64,000 nucleotides of DNA from Acidimicrobiia bacterium. GTDB taxonomy: Bacteria; Actinomycetota; Acidimicrobiia; Spongiisociales; ZC4RG35. The position numbers were made by a program, and so were the translations under genes. Of this stretch, positions 1 to 8,862 are shown piece after piece. How positions within the stretch are numbered: position 1 is the first letter of the stretch; every line of letters starts with the position of its first letter. Below the pieces are notes generated by a model. It did not search any database, was not told the DNA's origin, and saw nothing but the letters and a program-made list of their open reading frames with translations. The stretch spans positions 3,047 to 67,046 of the forward strand of contig DATFFB010000041.1 of assembly GCA_035250485.1 (NCBI GenBank), given 5' to 3'.

Positions 1-1
1 T

Positions 2-559
2 CGCTACTTACACCACAACTACGTGGTCGCGTTGCTCAATGACCTCTTCGGCATCCAGGCCCGAGGCGGCTGTTCCTGTGCAGGTCCCTACGGCCATCGC
101 CTTCTCGGCATCGACCTCGACACCAGTCGTCAGATCGAACGCCAGATCGGTCTGGGTTGCGAGGTTGTCAAGCCGGGATGGGTACGGGTCAACTTCAACT
201 ATTTCATCAGCGAGGATGAGTTCGCGTTCATCGTCGACGGAGTCCACCTGATCGCCGAGTTCGGCTGGAAGCTGCTGCCGCACTACCGCTTTGAGGCCGA
301 CACCGCCTTGTGGAGACATCGAAGGAGTTTGCCCCATCCGCCGCTGTCGCTATTCGAGATCGATTATGGCCACGGACTTCTCGAGCACCGCACCAGTGGG
401 CGATCGTCCGCCAGCGCGGATGACTACCCCCGATACGTGACCGAGGCCCACACCCTTTTTGCCACCGCCGCCGTCGATTCCGAGGTTATAGATGAAGTCC
501 TCGATGCCGAGGCCGAGGCTCTGCGCTGGTTTCCACTGCCGCACGAGGTTGGCGTTTGA
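2..559 (+). CDS. class V aminotransferase-fold PLP enzyme (cysteine desulfurase-like), C-terminal part; 5' end lies outside the window
   Basis: The frame is open from the window edge. GGCSCAGPYGHRLLGI is typical of this family. The stop overlaps the next start (TTGA). Confidence 0.7.
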   Translation, partial: RYLHHNYVVALLNDLFGIQARGGCSCAGPYGHRLLGIDLDTSRQIERQIGLGCEVVKPGWVRVNFNYFISEDEFAFIVDGVHLIAEFGWKLLPHYRFEADTALWRHRRSLPHPPLSLFEIDYGHGLLEHRTSGRSSASADDYPRYVTEAHTLFATAAVDSEVIDEVLDAEAEALRWFPLPHEVGV

Positions 560-1023
560 CAAACGGTCGCGTCGTCGCCGTCAACATTTCCGCTGGCGGT
601 GTACCCAAACTCCCCGTTGACCGAGCCTTTCTCTCGGCCAATGGCCTCGAGGGAGATCGCCATACCGATCGAGTTCATCACGGAGGCCCTCTACGCGCCG
701 TCTGTCTCTTTTCGGACGAGGTCATTGACGCCCTGCGCGCAGAGGGCCACCCGATCTTCGCGGGGGCGGCAGGAGAGAACGTGACGGTGACCGGAGTGAA
801 TTGGATCGATGTGGTGCCCGGTTCCCGCTGGGGTATCGGCGAAGAAGCCGAAGTCGAGGTCACGAGCTACACCAGTCCCTGCTTCAAGAATGCTGGCTGG
901 TTCATCGACGGCAATTTCACCCGAATCAGCCAGTCACTCCACCCGGGATTCGCCCGCGTCTATGCCAGGGTGCTGGTAGAGGGGTCGATCGCAGCAGGCG
1001 ATCAATTCACCCGGACTGATTGA
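556..1023 (+). CDS. MOSC domain-containing protein
   Basis: 155 aa. GLEGDRHTDRVHHGGPLRAVCLF and GENVTVTG are MOSC-like. Translationally coupled to the upstream aminotransferase, a common pairing. Confidence 0.75.
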   Translation: MTNGRVVAVNISAGGVPKLPVDRAFLSANGLEGDRHTDRVHHGGPLRAVCLFSDEVIDALRAEGHPIFAGAAGENVTVTGVNWIDVVPGSRWGIGEEAEVEVTSYTSPCFKNAGWFIDGNFTRISQSLHPGFARVYARVLVEGSIAAGDQFTRTD

Positions 1024-1625
1024 AGAAAGGTCAGCGTCCTCGACCAGGCGAGGTCTGCGGCATCCGCGTCGAAGTGATTCCCTTCTTCGAAAAAGCCGGG
1101 ACGGGTGCCGGGGTAACGAAATGTTTCGAACTCGATTCCTTCGAGGCCCATGGTTGCCTCCATGAACGCAGCATCATCGGAGCTGACCCAAGGATCTTCT
1201 TCCGCCAGATGGAGTTGGTAACGAGCTCGGGATCCGGCGAAGTCGATGGTCTGGGTGCCGTAGAAGGAAACCACTCCGACTACTCGCTCGGGTCGACGCA
1301 CCGATAGCCAGAGCGCCAGCGAACCGCCCATACCGAGGCCGAGAACCGTCGCCGGGCCGGGAGCGGAATTGCCCAGCACCTCGAGCCCGCCGAGCGTGGC
1401 CGAGACCAGGTGATTGGGATCTACCGCCCCGAGCACCTCCTCCGCCTCGGCTTGGCTCGCCGGGAGCGCCCCGGACAGAAGATCGGGCACGAGTACGGTG
1501 CAGCCCTCGTCGGCGAGGCGGTCAGCCAGCTTCTTCGTGGCAGCGTTGAGCCAGTGCCAGGAGTGGAGCAGCAAGACCGGATTGGCCGGCCGAGGAGGCC
1601 CGACGTAGTAAGCCAACCCAGACAT
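1002..1625 (-). CDS. dienelactone hydrolase family protein
   Basis: Alpha/beta hydrolase with GLGMGGS nucleophile-elbow-like motif and a DLH-like C-terminus. The ORF extends to 1652, but the ATG at 1625 (MSGLAYYVGPP) avoids overlap with the divergent gene. Confidence 0.7.
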   Translation of the reverse strand: MSGLAYYVGPPRPANPVLLLHSWHWLNAATKKLADRLADEGCTVLVPDLLSGALPASQAEAEEVLGAVDPNHLVSATLGGLEVLGNSAPGPATVLGLGMGGSLALWLSVRRPERVVGVVSFYGTQTIDFAGSRARYQLHLAEEDPWVSSDDAAFMEATMGLEGIEFETFRYPGTRPGFFEEGNHFDADAADLAWSRTLTFLQSVRVN

Positions 1626-1636
1626 GGCTGGGAATT

Positions 1637-2524
1637 GTGACCACGAGCTCATCCTTATCTGAAAAGCATCGACGAGGGATCGCCTACACCGCCTTGGCGG
1701 CCCTGCTGTTCGGTGTGAATGGGGCAGTGGCTGCCGACTTGCTGATGGCGATTCCCGCCGGCACCGTCGCCCAAATTCGGTCGGTCCTCGCGGCCCTGGT
1801 CCTGGGACTGATCGCCTACCGACGGAGAGCTGTCGCGACCAATGGCAGACTCCTAGCCCTGGTGGGCTTCGGCCTCAATCTCGCCGTTGTCAGCCTGTCT
1901 TTCCTGGTTGCCATTTCTCGACTCGGCGTGGGTCCGGGAGTCACGATCCAGTTCAGTGCTCCGGTGCTGGTATTGGCCTGGATACGACTCGTGAACAAGC
2001 GGCGGGTGCCGGCGTTGGCGTGGGTCGCGGCGTTGGTCGCCCTGATCGGTGTGTCCTTGGTCAGCGGCGCTCCCAACTTCGGCCGCCTCGACCCAGTTGG
2101 TCTTTTGGCAGCGGGAATCGCCGCACTCAGCTTCGCTACTTACATCATCCTTTCGGGCTTTTTGGGTCGCTGGCTGCCAACCATCACGATCGCCGCCTAT
2201 GGCTTCTCCTTCTCGGCGCTTTTCCTGCTGGCCGCCTTCAAAGTGGCGTTGCCGCCCACCGAGCCGCGGGTCCTGGCAGGGGTTGTGTGGCTGGTGATCT
2301 TGGGGACCGTGGTCCCGTTCCTCCTCGAGGTGGCCGCCCTCCGTCTCACGGATCCCGGCACCGTTGGCGTGGTCGCCACGCTCGAGCCCGCGATTGCGGC
2401 GGCAGTGGCCTGGTGGTGGCTCGACCAGATCCTGACCCCTCTCCAGGTTTTGGGTGGGGTTTTGGTAGTCGGAGCAGTGGCATTGATCGAGCGCTATTCC
2501 GCCCGGCCGCCTCTCGGTATCTAA
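1637..2524 (+). CDS. EamA/DMT family transporter
   Basis: 295 aa with about 10 hydrophobic segments in a two-EamA-repeat architecture. GTG start. Confidence 0.75.
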   Translation: MTTSSSLSEKHRRGIAYTALAALLFGVNGAVAADLLMAIPAGTVAQIRSVLAALVLGLIAYRRRAVATNGRLLALVGFGLNLAVVSLSFLVAISRLGVGPGVTIQFSAPVLVLAWIRLVNKRRVPALAWVAALVALIGVSLVSGAPNFGRLDPVGLLAAGIAALSFATYIILSGFLGRWLPTITIAAYGFSFSALFLLAAFKVALPPTEPRVLAGVVWLVILGTVVPFLLEVAALRLTDPGTVGVVATLEPAIAAAVAWWWLDQILTPLQVLGGVLVVGAVALIERYSARPPLGI

Positions 2525-2572
2525 AGATCTCCCGGTAGTACCGTCGAGGGCCGAACCCAGAAGGAGGTTTCA

Positions 2573-2986
2573 GTGGCTACTCGGCTCAATCCTTATATCT
2601 CTTTCACCGACAACGCCCGACAGGCAATGGAGTTCTATCAGTCGGTGTTCGGGGGAAAGCTCACTCTCAACACCTTCGGAGAGTACGGAGCACCTGACGG
2701 ACCCGGAGCCAACAACATCATGCACGGCCAGCTCGACACCGATAGCGGGCTGACGTTGATGGCCGCCGACACCCCGCCCGGAGAGACGCACCAGGTGGGG
2801 AACAACTTCGCCGTCAGCCTGAGCGGGGAGGACGCCGACGAGCTCCGTGGGTATTGGAAGAAACTATCGGCCGGGGGGGAAGTATCGGTGCCCCTCGAGA
2901 AGCAGATGTGGGGAGACGAATTCGGTATGTGTGTCGATCAGTTCGGGATTCCCTGGATGGTGAACATCGGTCCGCCCCGGAGCTGA
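2573..2986 (+). CDS. VOC/glyoxalase-fold protein (PhnB/YjdN-like)
   Basis: 137 aa. N-terminus LNPYISFTDNARQAMEFYQSVFGG is typical of the family. GAAGGAGG RBS lies upstream of the GTG start. Confidence 0.75.
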   Translation: MATRLNPYISFTDNARQAMEFYQSVFGGKLTLNTFGEYGAPDGPGANNIMHGQLDTDSGLTLMAADTPPGETHQVGNNFAVSLSGEDADELRGYWKKLSAGGEVSVPLEKQMWGDEFGMCVDQFGIPWMVNIGPPRS

Positions 2987-3008
2987 TCGCCTCGCTTAGC
3001 GCGGATTC

Positions 3009-3049
3009 TTCCGGGCTTATAGCCGGGAAGAATCCGCGCAGATCCACCT
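3009..3049. repeat. stable hairpin (14 bp + 3 bp stem); member of the intergenic repeat family with core CTGCGCGGATT; possible terminator
   Basis: gcgcggattcttcc (3009-3022) pairs with ggaagaatccgcgc (3036-3049). No U-tract follows. The core recurs at 13422, 31841 and 31900-31948. Confidence 0.6.
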
Positions 3050-3067
3050 CGTACACTCGCCGGGCCT

Positions 3068-4744
3068 ATGACCTCGTCGGTGGCCCCGCTGCAGCTTCGT
3101 GGTTTTCGTTCGCTGTGGGGGGCATCCCTCTTCTCCAATATCGGAGGCTTTCTCCAAGCCTCGGCGGCTGCCTGGCTGATGCTCGACCTCACCGGCTCGG
3201 CCACCTGGGTGGGACTGATCTCGGCTTCAACCACGCTGCCTTTTCTCGCCCTGGCGCTGTTGGCGGGTGCCGTGGCCGACATGACCGATCGGGTGCGGAT
3301 ACTGCTGGTATCTCAGATTGCGATGGCCACCGCGGCCGCCGCCATGGCCATCCTGGCCTTCTTGGGCGAAGCCACTCCGGTCCGTCTCCTTGTCCTGGGC
3401 CTGCTCATCGGTGTCGCCGGCTCTTTCAACCTTCCCGCCTGGCAGGCTCTGGTCCCCGACCTCGTCCCGCGGGAGATGATTGCGTCCGCAGTGGCGCTCA
3501 ACTCGGTCTCCTTCAATGTCGCCCGGGCCGTCGGCCCAGCCCTCGGCGGGCTGCTGATCGCCACCATCGGGGCGGAAGCGGGATTCGGACTCAATGCCCT
3601 TTCCTACATCTCAGTCGTTGTCGCTCTTTGGTTCATCGGACGCTCTGACACCCAGAAGCCGGCCGATGCCGCCCCACTGACGACGGCGATGGCCCTGGGG
3701 TGGCGGTTTGCGCGCTACACCCACAGCTTTCGACGAGTGCTCTTGTTTGGAGCCCTTTTTGGGTTGTCGTCCTCGGTCGTTCCGACCGTTCTTCCCAGTC
3801 ACACCGATGCGCTCGGGGGCGGCTCGCTCGCCTATGGGGTGCTGCTCGGCACGATGGGTTTCGGAGCCATCGTCTCGGCGTTTGCGAGACGACGGTTGGC
3901 GGAACGCCTGCGAAAATGGACCGTTCCCGCCGCCATCGGTGGGTATTCGTTGGGCGGCATTGCGGTCGGGCTGGCCCCGTCGTTGCTCTGGGCCATTCCC
4001 GGTCTGCTCCTTTCTGGCGCCTCGCTCGTGCTCGCCACCACAACTCTCAACTCGACTGCCCAGATGCTCAGTCCTCGTTGGGTTCGAGGGAGGACCATGA
4101 GTCTCTGGTCGCTGGCCTTCGCCGGAATGACCCCATTCGGTGCGATCCTGGCGGGGGCCGTCGCTGACGCTCTCACCACTCGCTCTTCGTACGTATTGAT
4201 CTCGTCCGCTGGTCTGGTGTTAGCAGTGGCAGCCATTCGCTCGGGCATCCCGGTGCTGAGCGAGATCGTCCCGCCCGAATTCGACCCCGACCGCAGCCCT
4301 CCCGAACACGTCGAAACCCTCGACAGCGGCCCAGTGATGGTCCTCAACGCCTTCGATCTTCAACCCGGCCAGGTCGACGATTTCCTGGAGGTGATGCAGG
4401 ACCTGCGCCTGGTTCGCCTACGAACCGGGGCTTACCGCTGGCGTCTTTATCGGGACGCCTCCGATCCGCGTCGCCTGATCGAAATGTTCCTCGTCGTCTC
4501 CTGGCGCGAGCACCTCAACCAGCATCGTCGGATCGACGACGTCTCGGCCGAACTAATCCGCCGGGCGCGCTCGTTCGATCGAACCGGTGAACCAAGGTCG
4601 CGCCACCTGATCGCAGTCGACGTAGAGAAGCCTCCGGATTTCGACCTGCTTCTCACCACCCACACGCAAATGCACGAAACGGACGGTTCGATACTCCTCG
4701 AAGAGACGGCCGAATTCGACGCCATCCGCGGCGACCACATATGA
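3068..4744 (+). CDS. MFS transporter with a C-terminal soluble (ABM/Dabb-like) extension
   Basis: 558 aa. About 12 TM segments are followed by a soluble tail of roughly 130 aa (VMVLNAFDLQPGQVDDFLEVM...VSWREHLNQH). Confidence 0.75.
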   Translation: MTSSVAPLQLRGFRSLWGASLFSNIGGFLQASAAAWLMLDLTGSATWVGLISASTTLPFLALALLAGAVADMTDRVRILLVSQIAMATAAAAMAILAFLGEATPVRLLVLGLLIGVAGSFNLPAWQALVPDLVPREMIASAVALNSVSFNVARAVGPALGGLLIATIGAEAGFGLNALSYISVVVALWFIGRSDTQKPADAAPLTTAMALGWRFARYTHSFRRVLLFGALFGLSSSVVPTVLPSHTDALGGGSLAYGVLLGTMGFGAIVSAFARRRLAERLRKWTVPAAIGGYSLGGIAVGLAPSLLWAIPGLLLSGASLVLATTTLNSTAQMLSPRWVRGRTMSLWSLAFAGMTPFGAILAGAVADALTTRSSYVLISSAGLVLAVAAIRSGIPVLSEIVPPEFDPDRSPPEHVETLDSGPVMVLNAFDLQPGQVDDFLEVMQDLRLVRLRTGAYRWRLYRDASDPRRLIEMFLVVSWREHLNQHRRIDDVSAELIRRARSFDRTGEPRSRHLIAVDVEKPPDFDLLLTTHTQMHETDGSILLEETAEFDAIRGDHI

Positions 4745-6000
4745 CCGCTCGAACCGGGGGCCGCTATCTCCGATTGCTCGCCGACAACGCCGACTTTCGG
4801 AGGCTCTATCTCGCCCGACTCGTCTCCTACGGGGGCGATTGGTTCCTGCTGGTGCCGATGCTGTCTCTGGTCCACGATCTGAGTCGCTCGCCTTTCCTCA
4901 CCGCGGCCGTGCTGACCGCCAACACCCTCCCCGCCTTTTTGCTCTCTCCGATCGGCGGGGTCTTGGCCGATCGCGTCAACCGGAAGAAGATCATCGTCTG
5001 GTCGAGCCTGGTCGCCGCTGGGGCGAGCTCCACAATTCTTTTCGTCGACTCGTCGTTCATCCGCGACAACGGGCTCGGAGTCACGCTGGTCCTGGGAGCG
5101 ATGTCGATTCTCGCCGCCCTCAGTGCCCTGATCACTCCGGCCTCCTCGGCGTCACTCCCGGTGATCGTCAAGCCAGCGGAGCTGGGAGATGCATCGTTTC
5201 TCCTCGAATCGACCTGGGGCACTATGGCCGCGGTCGGTGCCGCCCTCGGCGGGGTCGTCGCCACCTTGTTCGGGCGGCGGGCGGCCGTGGCGGTCGACGT
5301 CACCAGCTTCCTCGTCGCCGCCACACTGATCTGGCGGGTGCGGACCAATCTCTCTCCTCATAAGGAGCGAGCCAGTGGCGAGCCTCCAGCGCGTCTCCGC
5401 TCGGCGTTTACATACATCGCCCAGAAACCGACCGTGGCGGCGCTGCTTACCTCGAAGGCGGGCTTCGCCATCTTCGGGGGCGGGGCCGTGGCGCTCCTCC
5501 CGGTTCTCGCCCTCGATTCATTCGGCGCAGGTGACGATGGTGTCGGCTGGCTCCTCGCCGCCCGCGGCATCGGTGTCGTCATTGGGCCGTTCATCATTCG
5601 CCGGATGGTGGGTGGCACCGATCGCGCCGTGCTCACCTCCATCGGGGCGTGCATGGCTTTTTGGGGCCTTTCCTACCTGGGTACCGCGACAGCCCCCTCG
5701 CTGCTCCTCGCCGCCGCAGCGGTGTTCTTGGGCCATGCCGGGGCGGGAAGCCAATGGAGTTTCTCTTCCTACGGCCTTCAGCTCTACACCGACAACAGCA
5801 TCAAAGGTCGCATCTTCGGCCTTGACTTTGCCGCCGTCACCCTCACCTCGACCATGTCGCAATTGCTGTTCGGCTGGCTGGCGACGTCCTATTCGGTTCG
5901 CTCCATCTTCTTCGGTTTGGCGTTAGCCGCAATTGTTTTTGGGCTCGTTTGGCGTCGAGTCACCACGCGGTACTGGAACGAGCCCGCTCACGCCATCTGA
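4741..6000 (+). CDS. MFS transporter
   Basis: 419 aa polytopic membrane protein. ATGA overlap with the upstream MFS gene. Confidence 0.75.
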   Translation: MTARTGGRYLRLLADNADFRRLYLARLVSYGGDWFLLVPMLSLVHDLSRSPFLTAAVLTANTLPAFLLSPIGGVLADRVNRKKIIVWSSLVAAGASSTILFVDSSFIRDNGLGVTLVLGAMSILAALSALITPASSASLPVIVKPAELGDASFLLESTWGTMAAVGAALGGVVATLFGRRAAVAVDVTSFLVAATLIWRVRTNLSPHKERASGEPPARLRSAFTYIAQKPTVAALLTSKAGFAIFGGGAVALLPVLALDSFGAGDDGVGWLLAARGIGVVIGPFIIRRMVGGTDRAVLTSIGACMAFWGLSYLGTATAPSLLLAAAAVFLGHAGAGSQWSFSSYGLQLYTDNSIKGRIFGLDFAAVTLTSTMSQLLFGWLATSYSVRSIFFGLALAAIVFGLVWRRVTTRYWNEPAHAI

Positions 6001-6039
6001 AATGCCTGCAACCGGGTGGCGAGCTTCGGGGTTCCTTGA

Positions 6040-6555
6040 TTGATGGACGATCTGCCAATTCGGCTTGCGGAGGACCTTGATGGCGCCTTTCCCGAATTGG
6101 TCGAAGGCCTGCAATCGGAGCTCTACTCGGGTTTGCGCTCGTTGGCAGGTGGGGATGCCGAGGACCTCGCCCAGGAAACATTCATTCGGGCGTATCGCGC
6201 CCTCTCGAGCTACGACACGGCACGGGTCCGCAACCTCTCGCTGCGGGGCTGGATCTGGACCATCGCCCTCAATCTGGGGCGCAACCATCTCCGGGATCGT
6301 GCCCGCCGACCCACCGTGGCCAATGAGCTGTTCGATGTGGGGAGAGACGATCCTGAGCCAATCGACTGGATGGCTTGGGAGGCTCGTTTGCAGAAACTGA
6401 GCCTTCCGATCCGCAAGGCGGTGGTCCTCCGCCATGTGGTTGGACTCGATTACCCAGAGATCTCGTCGGTGACGGGCCGGCCGGTGGGAACGGTGAAAGC
6501 GGACGTCCATCGCGGACTGCAGAGACTGAGAACGATCATGGAGGACGAAGAATGA
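6040..6555 (+). CDS. ECF-type RNA polymerase sigma factor
   Basis: 171 aa. Region 2 (DLAQETFIRAYRAL, WIWTIALNLGRNHLR) and region 4 (LRHVVGLDYPEISSVTGRPVGTVKADVHRG). The ATG at 6043 is an alternative start. Confidence 0.85.
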   Translation: MMDDLPIRLAEDLDGAFPELVEGLQSELYSGLRSLAGGDAEDLAQETFIRAYRALSSYDTARVRNLSLRGWIWTIALNLGRNHLRDRARRPTVANELFDVGRDDPEPIDWMAWEARLQKLSLPIRKAVVLRHVVGLDYPEISSVTGRPVGTVKADVHRGLQRLRTIMEDEE

Positions 6556-7133
6556 ACATCGAAGAAACGCTCGCCGGACTGCGTCGAGGGGCGCCGGCGT
6601 CGCTGAAGGCGAATGTCGAGCTCGGCACCGGTTTGGCCGACGGTGTCTCCATCTTCGAGAGCCCAGTGGGCGAACTGGCGGTGACGTTCAATCCGCACGG
6701 CGTTTCGTCGGTAAGTCTGGCTGCGCTCGACTTCGAGGACTACTTCGCCGATCGGTTCGGGCGTCGACTCATCGAGGCCCGACCGCCGTCGGGGTGGGAG
6801 AAATTGATCAATCGGGGAATCGAGGCCGGAAACCCAGGACAGCTTCCCCTCGACCTGAGAGGGGTTACTGCCTTTCGACGAGAGATCATGCTCATCGCCA
6901 CCACCATTCCCCGCGGTGAAGTTCGGCCCTATCAATGGCTGGCCCGACAGGCTGGACGCCCGGGCGCGGCCCGGGCGGTGGGAAGTGCCATGGCCAACAA
7001 TCCGATTCCCTTGATAGTGCCCTGCCACCGAGTCGTGCGCTCCGATGGCTCTCTGGGGGCCTATTCGCTCGGAGGAGCCGATAACAAACGCGTGCTCCTC
7101 GCCCGTGAGGGCTTTGTCTCCACCGAAGGATGA
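6552..7133 (+). CDS. methylated-DNA-protein-cysteine methyltransferase (MGMT/Ogt) family protein
   Basis: PCHRVV acceptor-Cys motif with N- and C-terminal MGMT domains. The ATG at 6552 overlaps the sigma factor stop (ATGA). The longer track ORF starting at 6375 overlaps the sigma gene. Confidence 0.8.
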   Translation: MNIEETLAGLRRGAPASLKANVELGTGLADGVSIFESPVGELAVTFNPHGVSSVSLAALDFEDYFADRFGRRLIEARPPSGWEKLINRGIEAGNPGQLPLDLRGVTAFRREIMLIATTIPRGEVRPYQWLARQAGRPGAARAVGSAMANNPIPLIVPCHRVVRSDGSLGAYSLGGADNKRVLLAREGFVSTEG

Positions 7134-7200
7134 GCCAGGCGCCCTAGCCAAATAGCCTTCAATGCTTGGCGCCGCGGGGCGATAAATATCAGAATTGATC

Positions 7201-8805
7201 ATGGCCGATATGCCAGAAACCACTCCCGCCGACGAATCATCTCCGGATGCGCCCAGCGAGCAGGCACCGCTCGACTTGGTTCCCTCCTTTGCGGTCGAAG
7301 ATGAAAAGACGGAGGCCTGGAGCCCGCTGACAAGGGCCAACTCAGACTACGAACGACTCTGGTCGATGCCCAATGGGTCCACCCACCAGAAGGCTCCCGT
7401 GGCCGCAGACGCCCCGCCGCCCGCCTCCGAGTCGGCACCGCCAGAGCCCGAAGCCCTGCAGCCGGTGGCGCTGTCAGCCGAGCCGGAACCGGCCCAGACC
7501 GCCGAGCCCGAAGCCCAGACAGCCGAGCCGGAACCGGTGCCGAAGATGTCTGCGGCTTCCTCGAGTCTTCCTACCCCGGGGTTCACTGGGACTCTGGTGA
7601 CGGGTTCTGAGGTCCTCAATGCCTCGATCGTGGTCGGTAGCGCCGGCATTGTTCTCTGGGGCGGAGGTGCCGAGATCGGAACCTGGGAGCATTCGCAGGC
7701 CAGGATCGCTCGACTGACCTTTTCTCGCTTCGCCATCCAGGCCGAAGGCGAGACCCTCACCTTCACGGCCGACGACCCGACCGGACTGGATAACGCAATT
7801 GCCGCCACCGCGCCGGTGGCGCCACCCGAAGGGCCAGAGCCGATCCCGTCTGAGGATCCGCCGCAAGAGAACCAAACCGAGGCGCCACCACCGGAACCTG
7901 TCACCTCCGAGGTCTCGGTGGCGGCGGCAGCAGTCAGAAGGCCCCGCATCAAGAACTTCCGGCCGGAAGGATCGGAAGCCCCAGCACCATTGCCGGCGCC
8001 GGTTACTCCTCTTCCGCCCGAAGAACCCATCCCCCAAATGGCTGAGGAAGCAAGCGAAGGGGTCACGATTGCAGACTCGGTACGGGCCCACAGCGTGGGG
8101 AAAACGGTCCGCCCCCGCCGATTCCGTCCCAACGACCTCCGGGGCATGCTCATCAAAACCGCCGTTGTCATCGGCCTCGTCGCTGTCCTGGCCGGAGCAG
8201 CGTATGCGGTGATGCTGCTCATGGGACGCACCGGGGATCCGGGAGCCACTGCCACCACCCAACCCGAGGCCACCGCACCTCCGATCACGATTGTCATCAC
8301 CACCGCTCCCCCGGCCACGGTCGCCACCACTGCCGCCCCCGAGTTGGGGGATACCACCTTCTTTCAGACCGACGCGGCCACGCTCACCGAGCGCTGGAAC
8401 ACACTGGCCGAAGTCTCGGCTCCCAACATGGTGCTCTTCTCCGATCTCACTTCCCCCTTCATCCTGCTCCTGACCCCGAACGTGACGCTGGAAGGCGTGC
8501 TCGATCCCGTGGCCGGAAATGTCACGATGCGCGCGACCCCAACGGGGACCCCGGAGGGCGACGGGGCGATCCTCAACGCCCTCGGGATCCTGATTGGGAC
8601 CGCCGATCCCTCGCTAGACGGCAGCGATCGCAAAGCCTTGCTGGCTCAACTCGGTTTGGACGTGGATCGACCCGAGTTGGGCGGAATCGACGGATCACTC
8701 ACTCACAACGGGCTGGCTTATCGGATGGTTTATCAGGCCGAGCAAAACACGCTTGAGTTCGCCATCACCCCTGAGGGGGCGGTCACAACCACCGCGGCCG
8801 GCTAG
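7201..8805 (+). CDS. proline/alanine-rich single-pass membrane protein, function unknown
   Basis: Long ORF. Low-complexity PE/PA region, one TM segment (LIKTAVVIGLVAVLAGAAYAVMLLM) and a more ordered C-terminal domain. TTG at 7195 is an alternative start. Confidence 0.55.
   Translation: MADMPETTPADESSPDAPSEQAPLDLVPSFAVEDEKTEAWSPLTRANSDYERLWSMPNGSTHQKAPVAADAPPPASESAPPEPEALQPVALSAEPEPAQTAEPEAQTAEPEPVPKMSAASSSLPTPGFTGTLVTGSEVLNASIVVGSAGIVLWGGGAEIGTWEHSQARIARLTFSRFAIQAEGETLTFTADDPTGLDNAIAATAPVAPPEGPEPIPSEDPPQENQTEAPPPEPVTSEVSVAAAAVRRPRIKNFRPEGSEAPAPLPAPVTPLPPEEPIPQMAEEASEGVTIADSVRAHSVGKTVRPRRFRPNDLRGMLIKTAVVIGLVAVLAGAAYAVMLLMGRTGDPGATATTQPEATAPPITIVITTAPPATVATTAAPELGDTTFFQTDAATLTERWNTLAEVSAPNMVLFSDLTSPFILLLTPNVTLEGVLDPVAGNVTMRATPTGTPEGDGAILNALGILIGTADPSLDGSDRKALLAQLGLDVDRPELGGIDGSLTHNGLAYRMVYQAEQNTLEFAITPEGAVTTTAAG
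7475..7537 (+). repeat. 18-bp exact direct repeat (cagccgagccggaaccgg) at 7475 and 7520, inside the Pro-rich gene
   Basis: Read directly from the sequence. It encodes the AEPEP repeats. Confidence 0.8.
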
Positions 8806-8832
8806 CCCCTCCGTCGTCTTCGCCCCGACCTC

Positions 8833-8856
8833 GCTTCCTTCGCTGGGCAAGGAAGC
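8833..8856. terminator. hairpin between convergent genes (8-bp stem gcttcctt/aaggaagc, 8-nt loop)
   Basis: Seen in the 57-bp gap between convergent stops. No clear U-tract. Confidence 0.4.
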
Positions 8857-8862
8857 AAATTC

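Noticed and set aside
3009-3049. Interpreting the CTGCGCGGATT hairpins as classical intrinsic terminators
   Set aside because: None of the copies is followed by a U-tract on either strand. They may still terminate or stabilise transcripts, as is common in Actinobacteria, but the repeat-family description is the safer call.
7347-8357. 336-aa and 262-aa minus-strand ORFs opposite the proline-rich gene
   Set aside because: They are antisense frames of a low-complexity GC-rich region, with no start or RBS support. The plus-strand ORF is longer and has a TM segment and an ordered C-terminal domain.
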